From Isurus oxyrinchus (lineage: Eukaryota), in the NCBI GenBank assembly GCA_026770705.1, contig JANJGN010000035.1, positions 8,804,001 through 8,868,000 of the forward strand: a DNA stretch of 64,000 nt. Reading direction: 5' to 3'. Below the pieces are notes generated by a model. The model worked only from the letters and a program-made list of their open reading frames with translations. It ran no database searches and was not told where the DNA came from. Positions 51,950-64,000 of the stretch are shown in pieces (positions within the stretch are counted from its first letter, which is position 1; the number at the start of each line of letters is the position of its first letter). A program made the position numbers and the translations under genes.

Positions 51950-54900
51950 CTGCAAGAGATAAAATAGAATTTCAGATGCTGTTATTAGAATGCAGATGGT
52001 ACATTGGCCGAACTATTTTTAAAAGTTTTGAATTCCTATATTCCATTTTTGATTTTTGGTATACATTTCAATATTTGGCAGAATTTACATTGATTTACAT
52101 TCTGAGCTTCTCCAAAGTCTCCTTTAATACATGAGTCAAACAATTCCATCTTCATAATATTCAGGAAGATGATGAACTGCGCCTGGACCTGCTGTACATT
52201 GCAGGTAATTCAAACAGCCGATGAAGGGCGATAAAAGGTATAACTCGCTGAATACCAGGCACTTTCAAAAAGGTGGGAGAGAAGCAAATGGAAGCGATTT
52301 TTCTTTCTGACCTGAAGTCAGCAATATGTGTCACAAACATTTGAGCTTTACAAAGCGTCTAGCATTGCCTAATATCAGGATGATATGATCGCAGGAAAAG
52401 TAAGTTATGATTGGTGTAAATAGTCGGCAATTTAGAAATTCTATTTGAATCAGGAATCAGGATAATGATTTCAGCCCATGACATTAAAGCAGAAATTTTA
52501 CATGAACAATCAACTTGTAATGAAAAGTCATAGTGACTTAGGTCTAGGTAGAAACTACTGTAATTTATTTTTCTTTAAAAGGCAATTATGATCATTGCAT
52601 TCATCTGTGGATTAGTTATTTTAAAATGGGAGATTGATCAGACCGTCAGGAAATTTTCACCAGGAAGTGACAAGATGACCATACTGATCTCTGATATCGA
52701 ATCAATCTATGAACCTCCCGCGATACAGTTGGTGGAAATTTTGTTGCCTTTAATGGAAGAATTCATCATGTCTTTGATTTCAGAGAGAGTCAAATTCAAT
52801 GTCAACTCTCGGCATAAACGTCTGGCAGTTGAGCTTGAGATTTCAGCCACTCCAGCCAGGACAGTAAGGGAAATAGAATAATTAAGTTGAACATTTGTGG
52901 AAATCAGATTTAGAAACCTCGATTACCCCTGCAACATTGTGCTTTAGTGCAGAAGACTGAACCGGGAGGTGCAACATTCAATTAGCTTTATACAAGTTAA
53001 AAATAAAATCAGAAAGCAAAATATAATTATTAAACAATTTTGAAAAGTATTAATGTTCAGTTGAGTTATGATGTCGATCTGCAGAGTGTGCGTGATATCT
53101 CTGTAATGAGAATTATTCTGAGGCCAATCTCATGTGGATTAAATGAGTCCACAGCGCTGCTATTTAGGGAAAATCTTCAATTAACATGTAGAATAATAAA
53201 AATTACCAAGTAAAGATCATACAGTTATCATTGTTAATCTCTTCTTCGCGCAAATTCATTGCCCCAAATTCCATATTATACCAATTGCTGTGAATGAATT
53301 GAAGCTGCAAAACTGTGAAGCGATTTGCCACACATTGGCTCACTATATCAATTAACTTTTTATTTTTACATATTTGTGAAAGTAGGGTAAAGCCTCGTGA
53401 ATATTGGCCAAAATATATTAACGCTTCGAAAATAATTCTCCAAAGTCTATACATGAAAATGTATGGAAATTGAGACATTATATGTATTTTTTTATTTGCA
53501 TGTGTGTGCGTTAGCAATGAGTTTTAGCTTTAAAGTTTAAGTTTGAGTTGTATTTCCATCTTTTTGTGTTAAGGGAAGGTCAAGATGCATTTTTTCATTC
53601 AATTTAAACGTCCCTGCATTTCCAATTAAGAGTTTAAAGATTATGAGAGATGTTAGAGCAAATAAGAGTTAGTATAGTAAACCGGTGCTCTTGTCTATCA
53701 ACAAGGGTATTGAGAAGCAAGCCGCACCCACACGTTCACAGGAAAGCTGGGCAGAAAGCCATTTGAGGTCAAATGCTTTGAAGGCAGCAGCCAGGACGGA
53801 CCCAATAATGGGAGTGGGTCTACAGGGGTAACATATTTTTCCCAAAACAAGCAAAAGGTACAGTGGCCAATGGAGTCAGATACACACATTAGAGAGCCCC
53901 AAGTATAGCCTTCAGTGAAAGCAAGTACAGGTACTTAGAAATGGCCAAAATAAGTGAAGTTGAGAGTGAAGAGCAAATAAATCCTCAACGCTTAAAGAGG
54001 TGAAAGTTCCAGGAAGTATCGTAAAAAATATTTATATATAAGGGCATGCGAAAAGCCAGAAGTTCCAAACAGATTACTGAAATTCTGTGACTTTAAGGTA
54101 TGGGCCTGTGAAGCAGTTTTGTATTTCCGATGGCTCAGTCACTGGGATAGAATGTGGGGAAGAAGGCTTGAATGCATATGCATGTGGTGACCTGAGGAGA
54201 AGAACATCGGAAGCAGAGTACAAAATAATCGAAGTGGACAATTGTGGAAGGCCTGGGAGAGAAGGGAGATTCTTAAACGTGATCTTGGGCTGTGGAGATT
54301 GCCAGCCGAGATGTGAAATCCCGATATCAGTGAAGGTGGTTGGCGGGCAGGGTGATGAGCGCCTGTGAAAATGTGACATCAGATCTGTATCATTTGATTG
54401 GAATGGCATTGATAACTTGGTTTTAAAGTCTGGTGTGCCAGGCCAGAGAGCCACTTGTTTCATAAGCACTATGTACTTAGTGTGAACATTACACTATTCA
54501 TTTGCTTTTATAACTTCTGTTAGCCTTATCAATCTGCAAATATTCGTTAAGTTAAAGTAATGGCTGAAACAGTATTGTAATATTGTTCTATCTTTTTCTT
54601 GCAAGATATGTTTTTGTCTTTTATTTAGTTCATTAGTCTACCCTGGTGACTCTGTTCATTCACCATTCTTCACGTATCTGAAGAAAAAAAATGAAGTTAA
54701 GATCTATCAACTCTTGTTCCAGCCTGGGATCAGTCTTGTCTGGTCGTAACATCAGCTTGTGTTATGGCAACAATAATCTAAGCAAGCACAAACACAGTTT
54801 TCGAAAGATTGAATATTTTTTAGCGACAAGATAGAGTACAATACTGGCAAAAAGTGTAGAATGGAAATATTAAACATATTTTTAAAAGTTCAAGAGAGCG

Positions 54901-55189
54901 AACAACTTTATTTTTTTTCCTTATAACTATGGAAAAGTAAGCAGGCAGGAGCATCATTATTGTAGCCATAGAGCAGAAATTATGATTTAGGAAAGCACAC
55001 TGAAGTTAATGTCAGGAAACAATGGTCTGGTTAAAAGAGACATCAAAAAGCACGGTAAAAATGCAAGGAATCTTTAATCAGATATGTGAAGAAAATACAA
55101 CAAAATAGTAAATGTTATTCAGGCCCAAGGAAAGAAACTTCAGGACGAAAAGTGGTCACTAAAAACGGAGAAGATATTATCACAGAACC

Positions 55190-57310
55190 ACAGAATCACA
55201 GAATCACAAAGTGCAGAAGAGATACATTGCCCCATCGACAGTTCTCCGACAAGTGAGAAACACCAGACCTACCTACCTAATCCCATTTACCAGCTCTTGG
55301 CTCATAGGTGGCTGAAGAAACTGACAAAGAAAGGGAGAATATAGTATGAGTGTAAATTAGCATTAAACAAACATAAAAGTAGACTGCAGAAGCATCTGCA
55401 TGTATGTGAAATGAATATGTTTGGCTGAGACAAATGTGGGTCAGGCTATTTAACATCTAAAAGAGAAAAAAAGTATGGAAAATAAACAATGATATATGTT
55501 TTTTTTGTCTGACTACATTGAAAAACACAATATATCCGAAGGAATTAGAGCTCGACGGCAATTGAAGGAAATCACAATGCAAAATGCTGTTGATGCTGCA
55601 CACCTGAAATGAAAACATGGAATACCTGACAGGAAAAAGCTGAGGCCGTCTGGCAGCGTCTTTAGAGATAGAAGCATTGATAACCATTATAATTTGTATG
55701 AAGCTTCTTCAGGGTTGGCTGCCAATGATGCTGACTTTTTCAAATATTTTCGGATTTTATTTCAGCATTTACGCCAGGGTTGTATTTGGGAAATTAATGG
55801 GACTGAAAGTTGGTAAACAGCTGGGCTGGGTCGCGATGCTACACATCCCAGAATTTTGAAAGAGGGAGCTTTTCATTTAATGGACGCAGGTGGACCTTCC
55901 TGCTAAAATCATTACATTTTGGTGCAGTTTCAGCAGTTTGTAAGGCAGTAAATGTTACCACATTATTCAAAACTGCAGGGAGAAGATGGGAAACTGCAGA
56001 CCTGATTGCCATACTTCAGCAAAGGTGAAAATGCTGGAATCTAATCCATCGAATGTGATAGGCGCCTACATAATACATATTTGTTATGGTATCGTCAATA
56101 TGGAGTTACAAAAGGAAGACATACTTGTCTAACCTGAATTAATTCTTTTTTGAGGGTTTTACTAACATTATTGATGAAGGGGTATCACAAAATGTCAGTG
56201 TGCAAGTACAGCAAGTAATTAGGAATGCTAATACAATGTTATCATGTATTGCAAAGCGGCATTGAATGCTACGTAGGGCGGAAATGCTTCAGTGGTACAG
56301 GGTACGAGTGAGAAGAAACGTATAGTACTGTGTAGAGTTTGGTTATCTTATTGCATGAAGGATGTAAATGCGTGGTAAGCAGTTCAGTGAAGGTTTACCA
56401 GAGTAACACCTGGAAGGGTGGGTTTTCTTATGATGAATGGTTGGACAGGCTAGGTTTGCAGCCACTGTACTTTAGAAGAGTAAAAGGCGACTGAATTGAA
56501 ACAGCTAAGATCCTCAGTGGTCTGGACAGGGTGGCTTTGTGAAAGATGTTCCCTCCTCTGGAAGAATGAAGTAATGGGGATCACTGTTTAAAAATGTGTT
56601 CACCACATTTAAACAGGAAATATTTTGTTTCACTCAGAGAGTCGTGAGCATTTGGACCCCGTCCTGAAAAGATGCTGGAAACCGAGTATTTGTAAACTTT
56701 AAGGCAGAGGTGAATAGTTTCTCGTTAAGCAAGGGGAGATAAGTGACAAGTGGGATGCAGATTTCACGTTACTATCTGATCAACAATGATCTGACTAAAT
56801 GGTGGAGCAGGTTCTCGGGATTGAATGGCCTATCCTGTCCCTCGTTTGGTTGTCCTTATGTGATTGGGTGAATGCATATACTTGGATTTCCAGAAAGCAT
56901 TTGATAATGATACCCACAGGAATTTAAGTAGAAAAATCAAAACACATAGGGTAGCAAACTATATACTCACATGGATTAAGGATTGGTTAACACATAGAAG
57001 ACAGAAAGTCGGAATTATCACGCCATTACCATTTTGGCGTGCTGCAATTTTAGGATGCAGAAATATCAGTTCTTGATCACAGTAGTTCAGAACAAATGTA
57101 CAAACGTCAATGATTTGGATATGAGGAAAATATGAGTCCAAATTCGCAGGTGACTCAAACCTAGTTGGGAATGCCTGCTGCCAGGAAGATGCAGATCGGC
57201 TTTAGAAGCTTTGGACAAATAAGTGAGCGAAATTAAAATGACATATGGAATATTATGTGGAAAAATATGAGATTTTCCAGTTTGGAAAGAGGCACGAATG
57301 CGGAGTATTT
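55190..57310 (+). mobile_element. Mosaic of CR1 LINE fragments (ORF2 middle, 3' end, RT)
   Basis: LMGLKVGK; IYLDFQKAFDNDTHRNL (RT); 3' end gggattgaatggcctatcctgtccct near 56820; short opposite-strand CR1 tail at 55190-55310. Confidence 0.8.
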
Positions 57311-58559
57311 CTTAAAAATTCGTAACCTCATATTTCAAAGCATTTACCAGATCTAAAAACATTGTGATTTTTTTTCGTTATTATGTTCAAAATGTTTTTT
57401 TCGCAAATCCTTCAATAGCTCAAATTATGTTCTTTCAGATTTTTTATTTGATTCAATTCAGAGCAAGGCTCATTTACTACTTCTCGATCAATGACGTAAG
57501 CTTCATAATTCTGGACTGTCCTTTTTCTTTCTGACGCATGTCTCTTGCACAAATCTAACTAAATACATCATTACAGTATTTTGGATGTTTAGACTTTATG
57601 TAATTTAAACCGTCCACTTGACCACAATCCTGTGGTATATCCTACCTTATCTGCCAATGCGGCAGAATCAGCGGATTCATTGTTAGGTTACTTTGGGAAC
57701 TGAATTTTTTTATGGATAAAGTTGTTCGGTTTTTGGCAGGATTCTACTTCTGCCCCTTCGATAAATGGGGTTGATACATCGTCATCTTTAGCTGAGTCAA
57801 ATATTTGATCACGTGGACTACAACATAGATGATAATATCTTATGCTCAATAGCAACTTCTGACACGTGGCACACCGTCCCAGGCTGTGGGAAAGCTATAA
57901 TCCTCGATATGCCTTTCCTTCATCTAAGAATCATACGATTAGTAACAGTTTAGAATGAAAAAAAAATCTACACAAAGAATAATAGTTAACCTATTCCTTT
58001 TAAAGAATGGAATATACGTGCATTTTCCATATATACCATTTAAAAATATATATTTTTTTTATTTACGAGGAAATGTCTCAATATTTTTCAAACCACAAAT
58101 TATGAGCAAAATATGTGTCTCTAACGTCAACAATCTATCGTTATAGGCCTCTTTGCGTATAACAATAACAGGTGGCATCAATTCCCCATAAGGTACGAAA
58201 CCCCAATAATCTGCTACCTTTCGATTTAAACCAACGGCAAATACATTGCAACGTGCTGGTTTATCACAAGATTCACTCAATTGTGTAGCCACGTCTAGCG
58301 AAGCACGAGTGACGTTTACTGTCGCCCTAGGTTTAGCTTTGAAGCAACTTTCAAACAACTTGCAAAATGACAGTGAAAATATTTCGTGAATTATGAAAAA
58401 AGCTCTATGCTAATTTTTCATCACATTGAGGGCAAAACATATTGTATCTCTTGAATTATTTTGTTCCATTCTGCCATCCTGTTTAAAGTAATTAAATTTC
58501 AGTTCAATCTTTTTTTCTTATCATTCAATTTCGCGAAAATTTTCAAGCAATGGTTAATA

Positions 58560-60500
58560 GGCATCTGTGTATTAAATTTAAGCTTTAAAGCAAAATAGCA
58601 GCTTTCCTCAGAATTAGGAATGTACATCTTTTCAGGGCTGTCCTGGCAACTACTGAGATGCCGTTTCCAATTAAACCAATTCATTGCATTGTTCATAATC
58701 TCAAATCCTTTCATTAATTTTCTTGCCATAAACAAAATATGAAACAACTTCGAGCAAATTCAGTGGATGTTTGCTGCTGCATTTATTTGGCAGATTTTTT
58801 TTTTAAATAGGCGTGCCCCGCAGGTATCATGCACCAAAATTTTCAAAGTCACATAATCCGAAGTTTGCTGTTCTGGAAGATTTTAATGAATATAAACTCC
58901 TATCAAAAGTCAAAACACTTTCAGGCTAAGAGCCCATCTATCCTCTCACGACTCGAGATTTGCAGTAAAGTTTTTAAATAAGGCAATGTTCCAACTCGGT
59001 GCTTGGCAATTTTTTTCCTTGTCAAGTCAGGTCTTGGATGCTACTTAATTAGTCGCCTGAGCTATTAGCTTTGCATTCATCCCCTTACAAAAGCTATTAT
59101 TTACCCAGTCCTTGCTGGCAGGCCACTTTCGCAAATTTAGGTCTCTTGAACCTTTTCTCAACTGTTTCTTCGTTTGTTATCTGCTAAATCTTGGAACCTT
59201 GTTTAATCATTTACACTGAGTCCTTTCACTTCTGCTCGACCTTTGCAATACTTCTTATTTTGCTTCTGCTACCTCAGTCTCCTCCATTTAATCATGTTGA
59301 AATTGTTCCATTATTACCTGCACTATCGCCAAATCAAAATGTGCTTCATTTCTTTTGGGCGTGTCTTTCCCCGAATGGCAATCTTTGCTTCTTAAATTGT
59401 TATTAATTTTTAGTGTGTAGCTTCTGCTCTCAACTCCAAATTTAGCTCCTTCACAATGCTTTCACCCAGACTTTTGTAAGCTGCTGAAAAACAACTACAG
59501 ACAAATCGTTGTGTTCCAATAAAAAGGTTTTAAGTATTGACAAAGCCATTCTGCTTTTTGATTGGATAAACTGAAATTCACTGGGAAATCTTGCTAGATT
59601 TAACTTTAAAAATCCACGCCTTAAGCCTCAGAAGCTGGGTTAAAAAACGGACAAAAATACTCGAAAACAGTTAGGTTTTGCAAAGAGTGTGCTAAATCTC
59701 ATAGAGACCTTGGATTGCGCAGCAACTAATTAAAACAACATGCGACACGATTTCACATTATAAAATACAGACAAAGGTTTCCCTCATATCTCATTCTGAG
59801 ACCAAAAAAGGGTGAGCCATAGATATATGCAATTCGTTTAGTTTCCTCAATGTGATCCAATGACAGCTGACATGTAACATTATATCAGAAACCGTCGATT
59901 TCTTTTTCACAAAACGACCTTGAATTCTCCTTGAAAATCTGGTGACTGTGGAATCCTCCACTCACGCTTTGGACCTCACTGTGTCCTTTATCAGCGATAT
60001 AACAATCAGGAGCACCTTGGTTCCAAATGGCCTCCATGTTCCTTTTTTCTCTGAACTAAATTCATTCTGCCAATTGCATGCTTATTCGGGCAGTCCATCT
60101 ATCTCATGTTGCATCCTAATTTCTTTCTGGTACTACTCCAAGTTCGGTACAATTGATCAGTTTTGAAACTTTGTTCGGTATGCCAAGACCCATTTTTTTT
60201 CACATCTGGCAAGACTTGAATTGGCATGAGCACTGATGCAGTAGGAGCACAAACAACCTAAAAGCGGCCAGTCTAAGAAATAATAAATTACAAATCACTC
60301 TTTTTTCTCCTTCTACCTCTTTATTTAATTGTTCTGGACATTGACTATCATTTTCCAAGAGCCTCAATTTGTCAGCAGGGTTTCTTGACATGGGATTTTT
60401 CTAAAACTCTCATAAATATCATTCACGGTCAAATGAAAACATCCTTGTAAAACTTGTTTAATTGCAAAATCTCAAATGTTTTGATGCTTATATATATGAG
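58560..60500 (-). mobile_element. Heavily decayed CR1-like fragments
   Basis: Minus-strand DFxKAF-like and LIKGFEIM-like remnants; low identity. Confidence 0.4.
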
Positions 60501-60539
60501 AAGGAACAGAGCTTTATATCTATTGTCCTTTAGACAATC

Positions 60540-61980
60540 AATTGGCACGATGTTTGCGGGGCGGGAGGTGGGGATTGTTTGGGGTGTTGTTGGGTAGGTA
60601 ATGGGCGAGGGGTGTAAAGTGTACAATTTAATCGACGGGTTTTCGACGGATTTCAGATGGGTTCCTGCCGCCTCAACCACTGCACATTTTTACACTTGGA
60701 GGGTCGTGGTCCTTCTGCTCTTTTCCATTTGGAGCCCTGTGACAATTATAGTTTACTTAAGGTTTCCATCCAGCCTCAATTTTCAGGCTAGCATGAGCAG
60801 ATCAGTTGCAAGTTGGAAGCCGGAAGGTTGTCTCGGCTAGTACGTTTAACCTGGCGCCATTTCCCGATGCAGGAAGAGAAATGGGCAGCTGGTGGCAACG
60901 ATTTTAAAAGATGAACAACACTTCAAAAACCAAGTGTTCACCACCATTGGTTTTCTGCTTTCCCTAACACGACGGTACGCCTCCAAGATGACTAAATATT
61001 GACAATGAGCCAAATCGGCATTTAGCGACAATAATTGTTCTCAAATGGCCGATAATCTGTCAAGGGTAGGCCGGCCGGCCAAGGCCTGGAGCACGGGAAC
61101 ACAGCTCATGGACCACCTAAGGAATTTTGCGCTGATGAGAAAGTCTTTAAAAGGGGAACATAGCATTAGCGCCCTTTTCAGCCCTCCAGCAGGATTGGTG
61201 CCCACCAACAGCATGACATTTGATTGTCAGCTCTAGGACACCAGGTCGGCGCTACCGCAGTGATCAGGGATTGTTTTGTAGCCGCCATGTGATAAAAGGA
61301 GTCTGCTGAAGGAAGTTTACTATTAATTTGCTTTCTTTTTATATATTCAATGCAATTTTTCAGTTAGATTAAACACAGTCGGATCCATGCACAATAGCCC
61401 ATTGTCTCTTCTTAGAATGTGAATAATGTATTTCCCGATGTTACTTCATTTTGATGCTAAGCATTTATGTTATCCTGACATACCCTTTAATCATCTGACA
61501 CAATACAATTTGTTCATAATTTTTCCGATTGTTCCACATTGAGCTATCCATTGTTTTAGGGCGAATGTAACGACAAAAATTTGAATTTCCCTTTATCATA
61601 GGGAGCCGCCCAAAATATTCTATAACCAGCAGCAGTTCCTCCATGTGGCAGCTCGAACAAAAACCCAAATCCACGCTCCCCGCTTCCCCAGGCGGAACCT
61701 TAGATCTGCAAACTGTGATTGGAAAAACTTTTTTTTTCTTGACACGTGGTACTAAGGCACTGGGGATTGCTTGCAGTCCCAAAAGTGTGCACCCCACTTT
61801 CTGCTACTACAGAAAGCAGGGATGTCCTAGCCAATCAGAGTGGGCGAAAGCTGTTTGGGGCAAGAGTCCCTCCCAGTGAGGAGCACAAGTCAGTGTGAAG
61901 CCAAATGAGGCTTGATGGGAGCATTATATTGAGAGGGCCAGGTAACAGCGCGCAGAAAATTTTCTTCGCCATGCATTCAG
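60540..61980. mobile_element. GC-richer non-autonomous DNA-transposon-like repeat (Harbinger-like family)
   Basis: CpG-rich ends (gcggggcgggaggt...tgtaaa; gaaaattttcttcgcc) resembling 8450-8680, 30200-30720 and 47550-48870. Confidence 0.35.
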
Positions 61981-63109
61981 ATTGTGGACAAGCACTGGCC
62001 CATGATTCTATACAGTTTTAACATAATTCATCATTTAAAATTATTCTTCTGTTCCGGTTCTGTGCCAGTTGCCACGCCCTTGTCAATTATTCACCTCATA
62101 ATGCCTAAGAACGCTGATACGTGTAAAGTGAGGCGGCAGGCAACAAGACCAACTCAGTTGGAACTGAATAAGAAACTCGGTGCTGTTTCCAGTAACCTGA
62201 TACACTGGCTAGCCTTCTGCCCAGCTGAAAGGCTGTGGCACCCGCACAACCAGGCATATATGGAGCTTTACGGCTCTTTTCATTCCATTTTTAAGTTGTA
62301 TCTATGCTTGCATTCGCTCTTTAATTTATTTTTAACTTCCTTTTGCATTAAGGCTGTAGCCGAACTTTCTGTTTTCCCCATTTAAATGTCTCACTTCCTA
62401 TTTTCCTGCTATAGTTTCAATTTTTCAATTAACTGTTCAATCTGCGAGTTTTGTGAAGGCATCTTTAAATCAATTTGAGACTTCATCAGTGTGAACAATA
62501 TATCCAATTTGTCATTTTCTAAGTTTGCCATTGGATTTTTTTTTACATGTAAATTTCATGCAATTTGTGGGTTATGGTAATCCCAGCACGGAGCCATTGG
62601 CAGCACTGAGTTGCCATTTCAAAGTTCTGAATAAATTAATTTCCGAATGTTACTTCCTTTCCATGCTAGCCATTTCTTTTTCTTTACATAAATTATTTTA
62701 AATATATGAAACCATTGAATCAGTTCATGAATTTCTATTCATTGCACATGGAGCTTCTCTTTGTTTTGGCTCGTTTTTCACCACAGAACGTGCCATATTT
62801 CCCTTAACTGTTCACATTCTTTTTCCAATCAAATGTGTTGCAGTTAGCAAGGAGGTTTAATTATAGTCCCCCATTAACTCAATTAAGGAGTAACACTTAG
62901 TCTGTGTGAATAAATGATAAATATAATTTAGATTTCATTCCTGGAATCTAAATCACCCCTTTAAATCATTGGATATCATAGACATATTGAATTTGAGTTT
63001 AATTTCAAAAACGCCTCAACGCTTGACGCGATGGGGTATTTTTGAACATGCAATCATAAAAATTTCGCCGAGAAGTGGGGCGCTCATCACCTCGAGCTTG
63101 CTCAGGCAA

Positions 63110-63460
63110 TCAAAATGATCATGGCTGATCTAATTTTAACAACAGCTTCACATTGCTGCCTACCCGCTGCAACGTTTCCCCCTGGCTTATCAATAATCCA
63201 TCTACTTCGAAATTAAGGAATTCCAAAATCTCTGCCCCTGCCACTTTTTGAGGAAGAGAACTCCAGTGTATTACAAAGGTCGGAAGGAATTTTTAAAACT
63301 CTCCATTTCTGTCTTAAATACCCGACCTCTTATGTTCAACAGTGAACTCCAGTTCTAGATTTCCCTGAAAAACAAATCCTATCGACAACCACACTGTGAA
63401 ACTCCCTTCAGGATCGTAAATGTTACAATCAAGTCGCCTCTTATAATCCTTAACTCCGCG
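63110..63460 (-). mobile_element. CR1 LINE 3' end fragment
   Basis: gatcatggctgatct...cccctggcttatcaataatccatctac... resembles 40110-40460. Confidence 0.75.
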
Positions 63461-64000
63461 GAAAAAAGGCCTTGCGAGTCCGGTACAAATATATACTGAT
63501 GGGCGAGGTCAATGTTGCAAATACTTTTGAGACAATTAATTACTCAATTGGATCTGCACAGTACCAATCAATCCTATTGCATGTTATCTCAATTTTGCCA
63601 GTCAAGTTGCATTTGTAAGATTTTTTTCTCAGTTAAATGACAGTGCTTTACTGCATTTATTTAAACATAATAAATGACCTGGTGCATAATATATAACTAA
63701 ATTGTTTCAAGGAAGTGAACTATTGCACGGATAATCAGCGATTGCCACAGCCTGTCACACTGAAGTTCAATAATTGTGCCAAATAAATTTCACCTCTTAC
63801 CTTGTGCTACAGACTCCGATGCCGGTTGAAAATGTTGTGCGATATTAATGTCATGCTTTCAGCAGTTAACACACAATGGGTAAAGTTCAGTCAGAGCTTA
63901 AAGTCATAAAGGCGACCTTTAGAATGTTCTTCAAAATGGCCCTTTGCATGTTGTTATCTGATACAGATATTGAAGTGAATGATATGCAGGCTCCTCAAAA

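Noticed and set aside
1-64000. Prokaryotic features (CRISPR arrays, operons, rRNA/tRNA, defence islands)
   Set aside because: The sequence is intron- and retroelement-rich vertebrate DNA; no repeat-spacer arrays or structured RNA genes were recognised

Overview
Eukaryotic genomic DNA, most likely a cartilaginous fish (shark). This is inferred from the CR1/Penelope/Harbinger repeat landscape and the NLR subfamily. Most of the window is decayed retroelements, so almost all short ORFs in the track are noise or TE remnants. One multi-exon protein-coding gene can be assembled by hand on the minus strand from splice sites and codon phases. Its exons are 51929(ATG)-51806, 49503-49327, 36660-36497, 27973-27811, 21353-19643, 16935-16744 and 13614-13527 (TGA). 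They give 2619 nt in one open frame (872 aa), with a poly(A) signal at 13415-13420. The product is a NOD-like receptor (NLR) with an unusual layout: signal peptide or TM1, a ~25-aa luminal loop (one Cys, NRT sequon), a glycine-zipper TM2, a YxxL motif, a CARD-like death fold, a NACHT with non-canonical Walker B (DDLDQ), and a very short LRR. It appears to be a membrane-anchored vertebrate NLR. The NACHT and LRR exons are secure. The link to the TM exons rests on phase-compatible splice sites, including one GC-AG intron, and needs transcript confirmation. Repeat boundaries are approximate.
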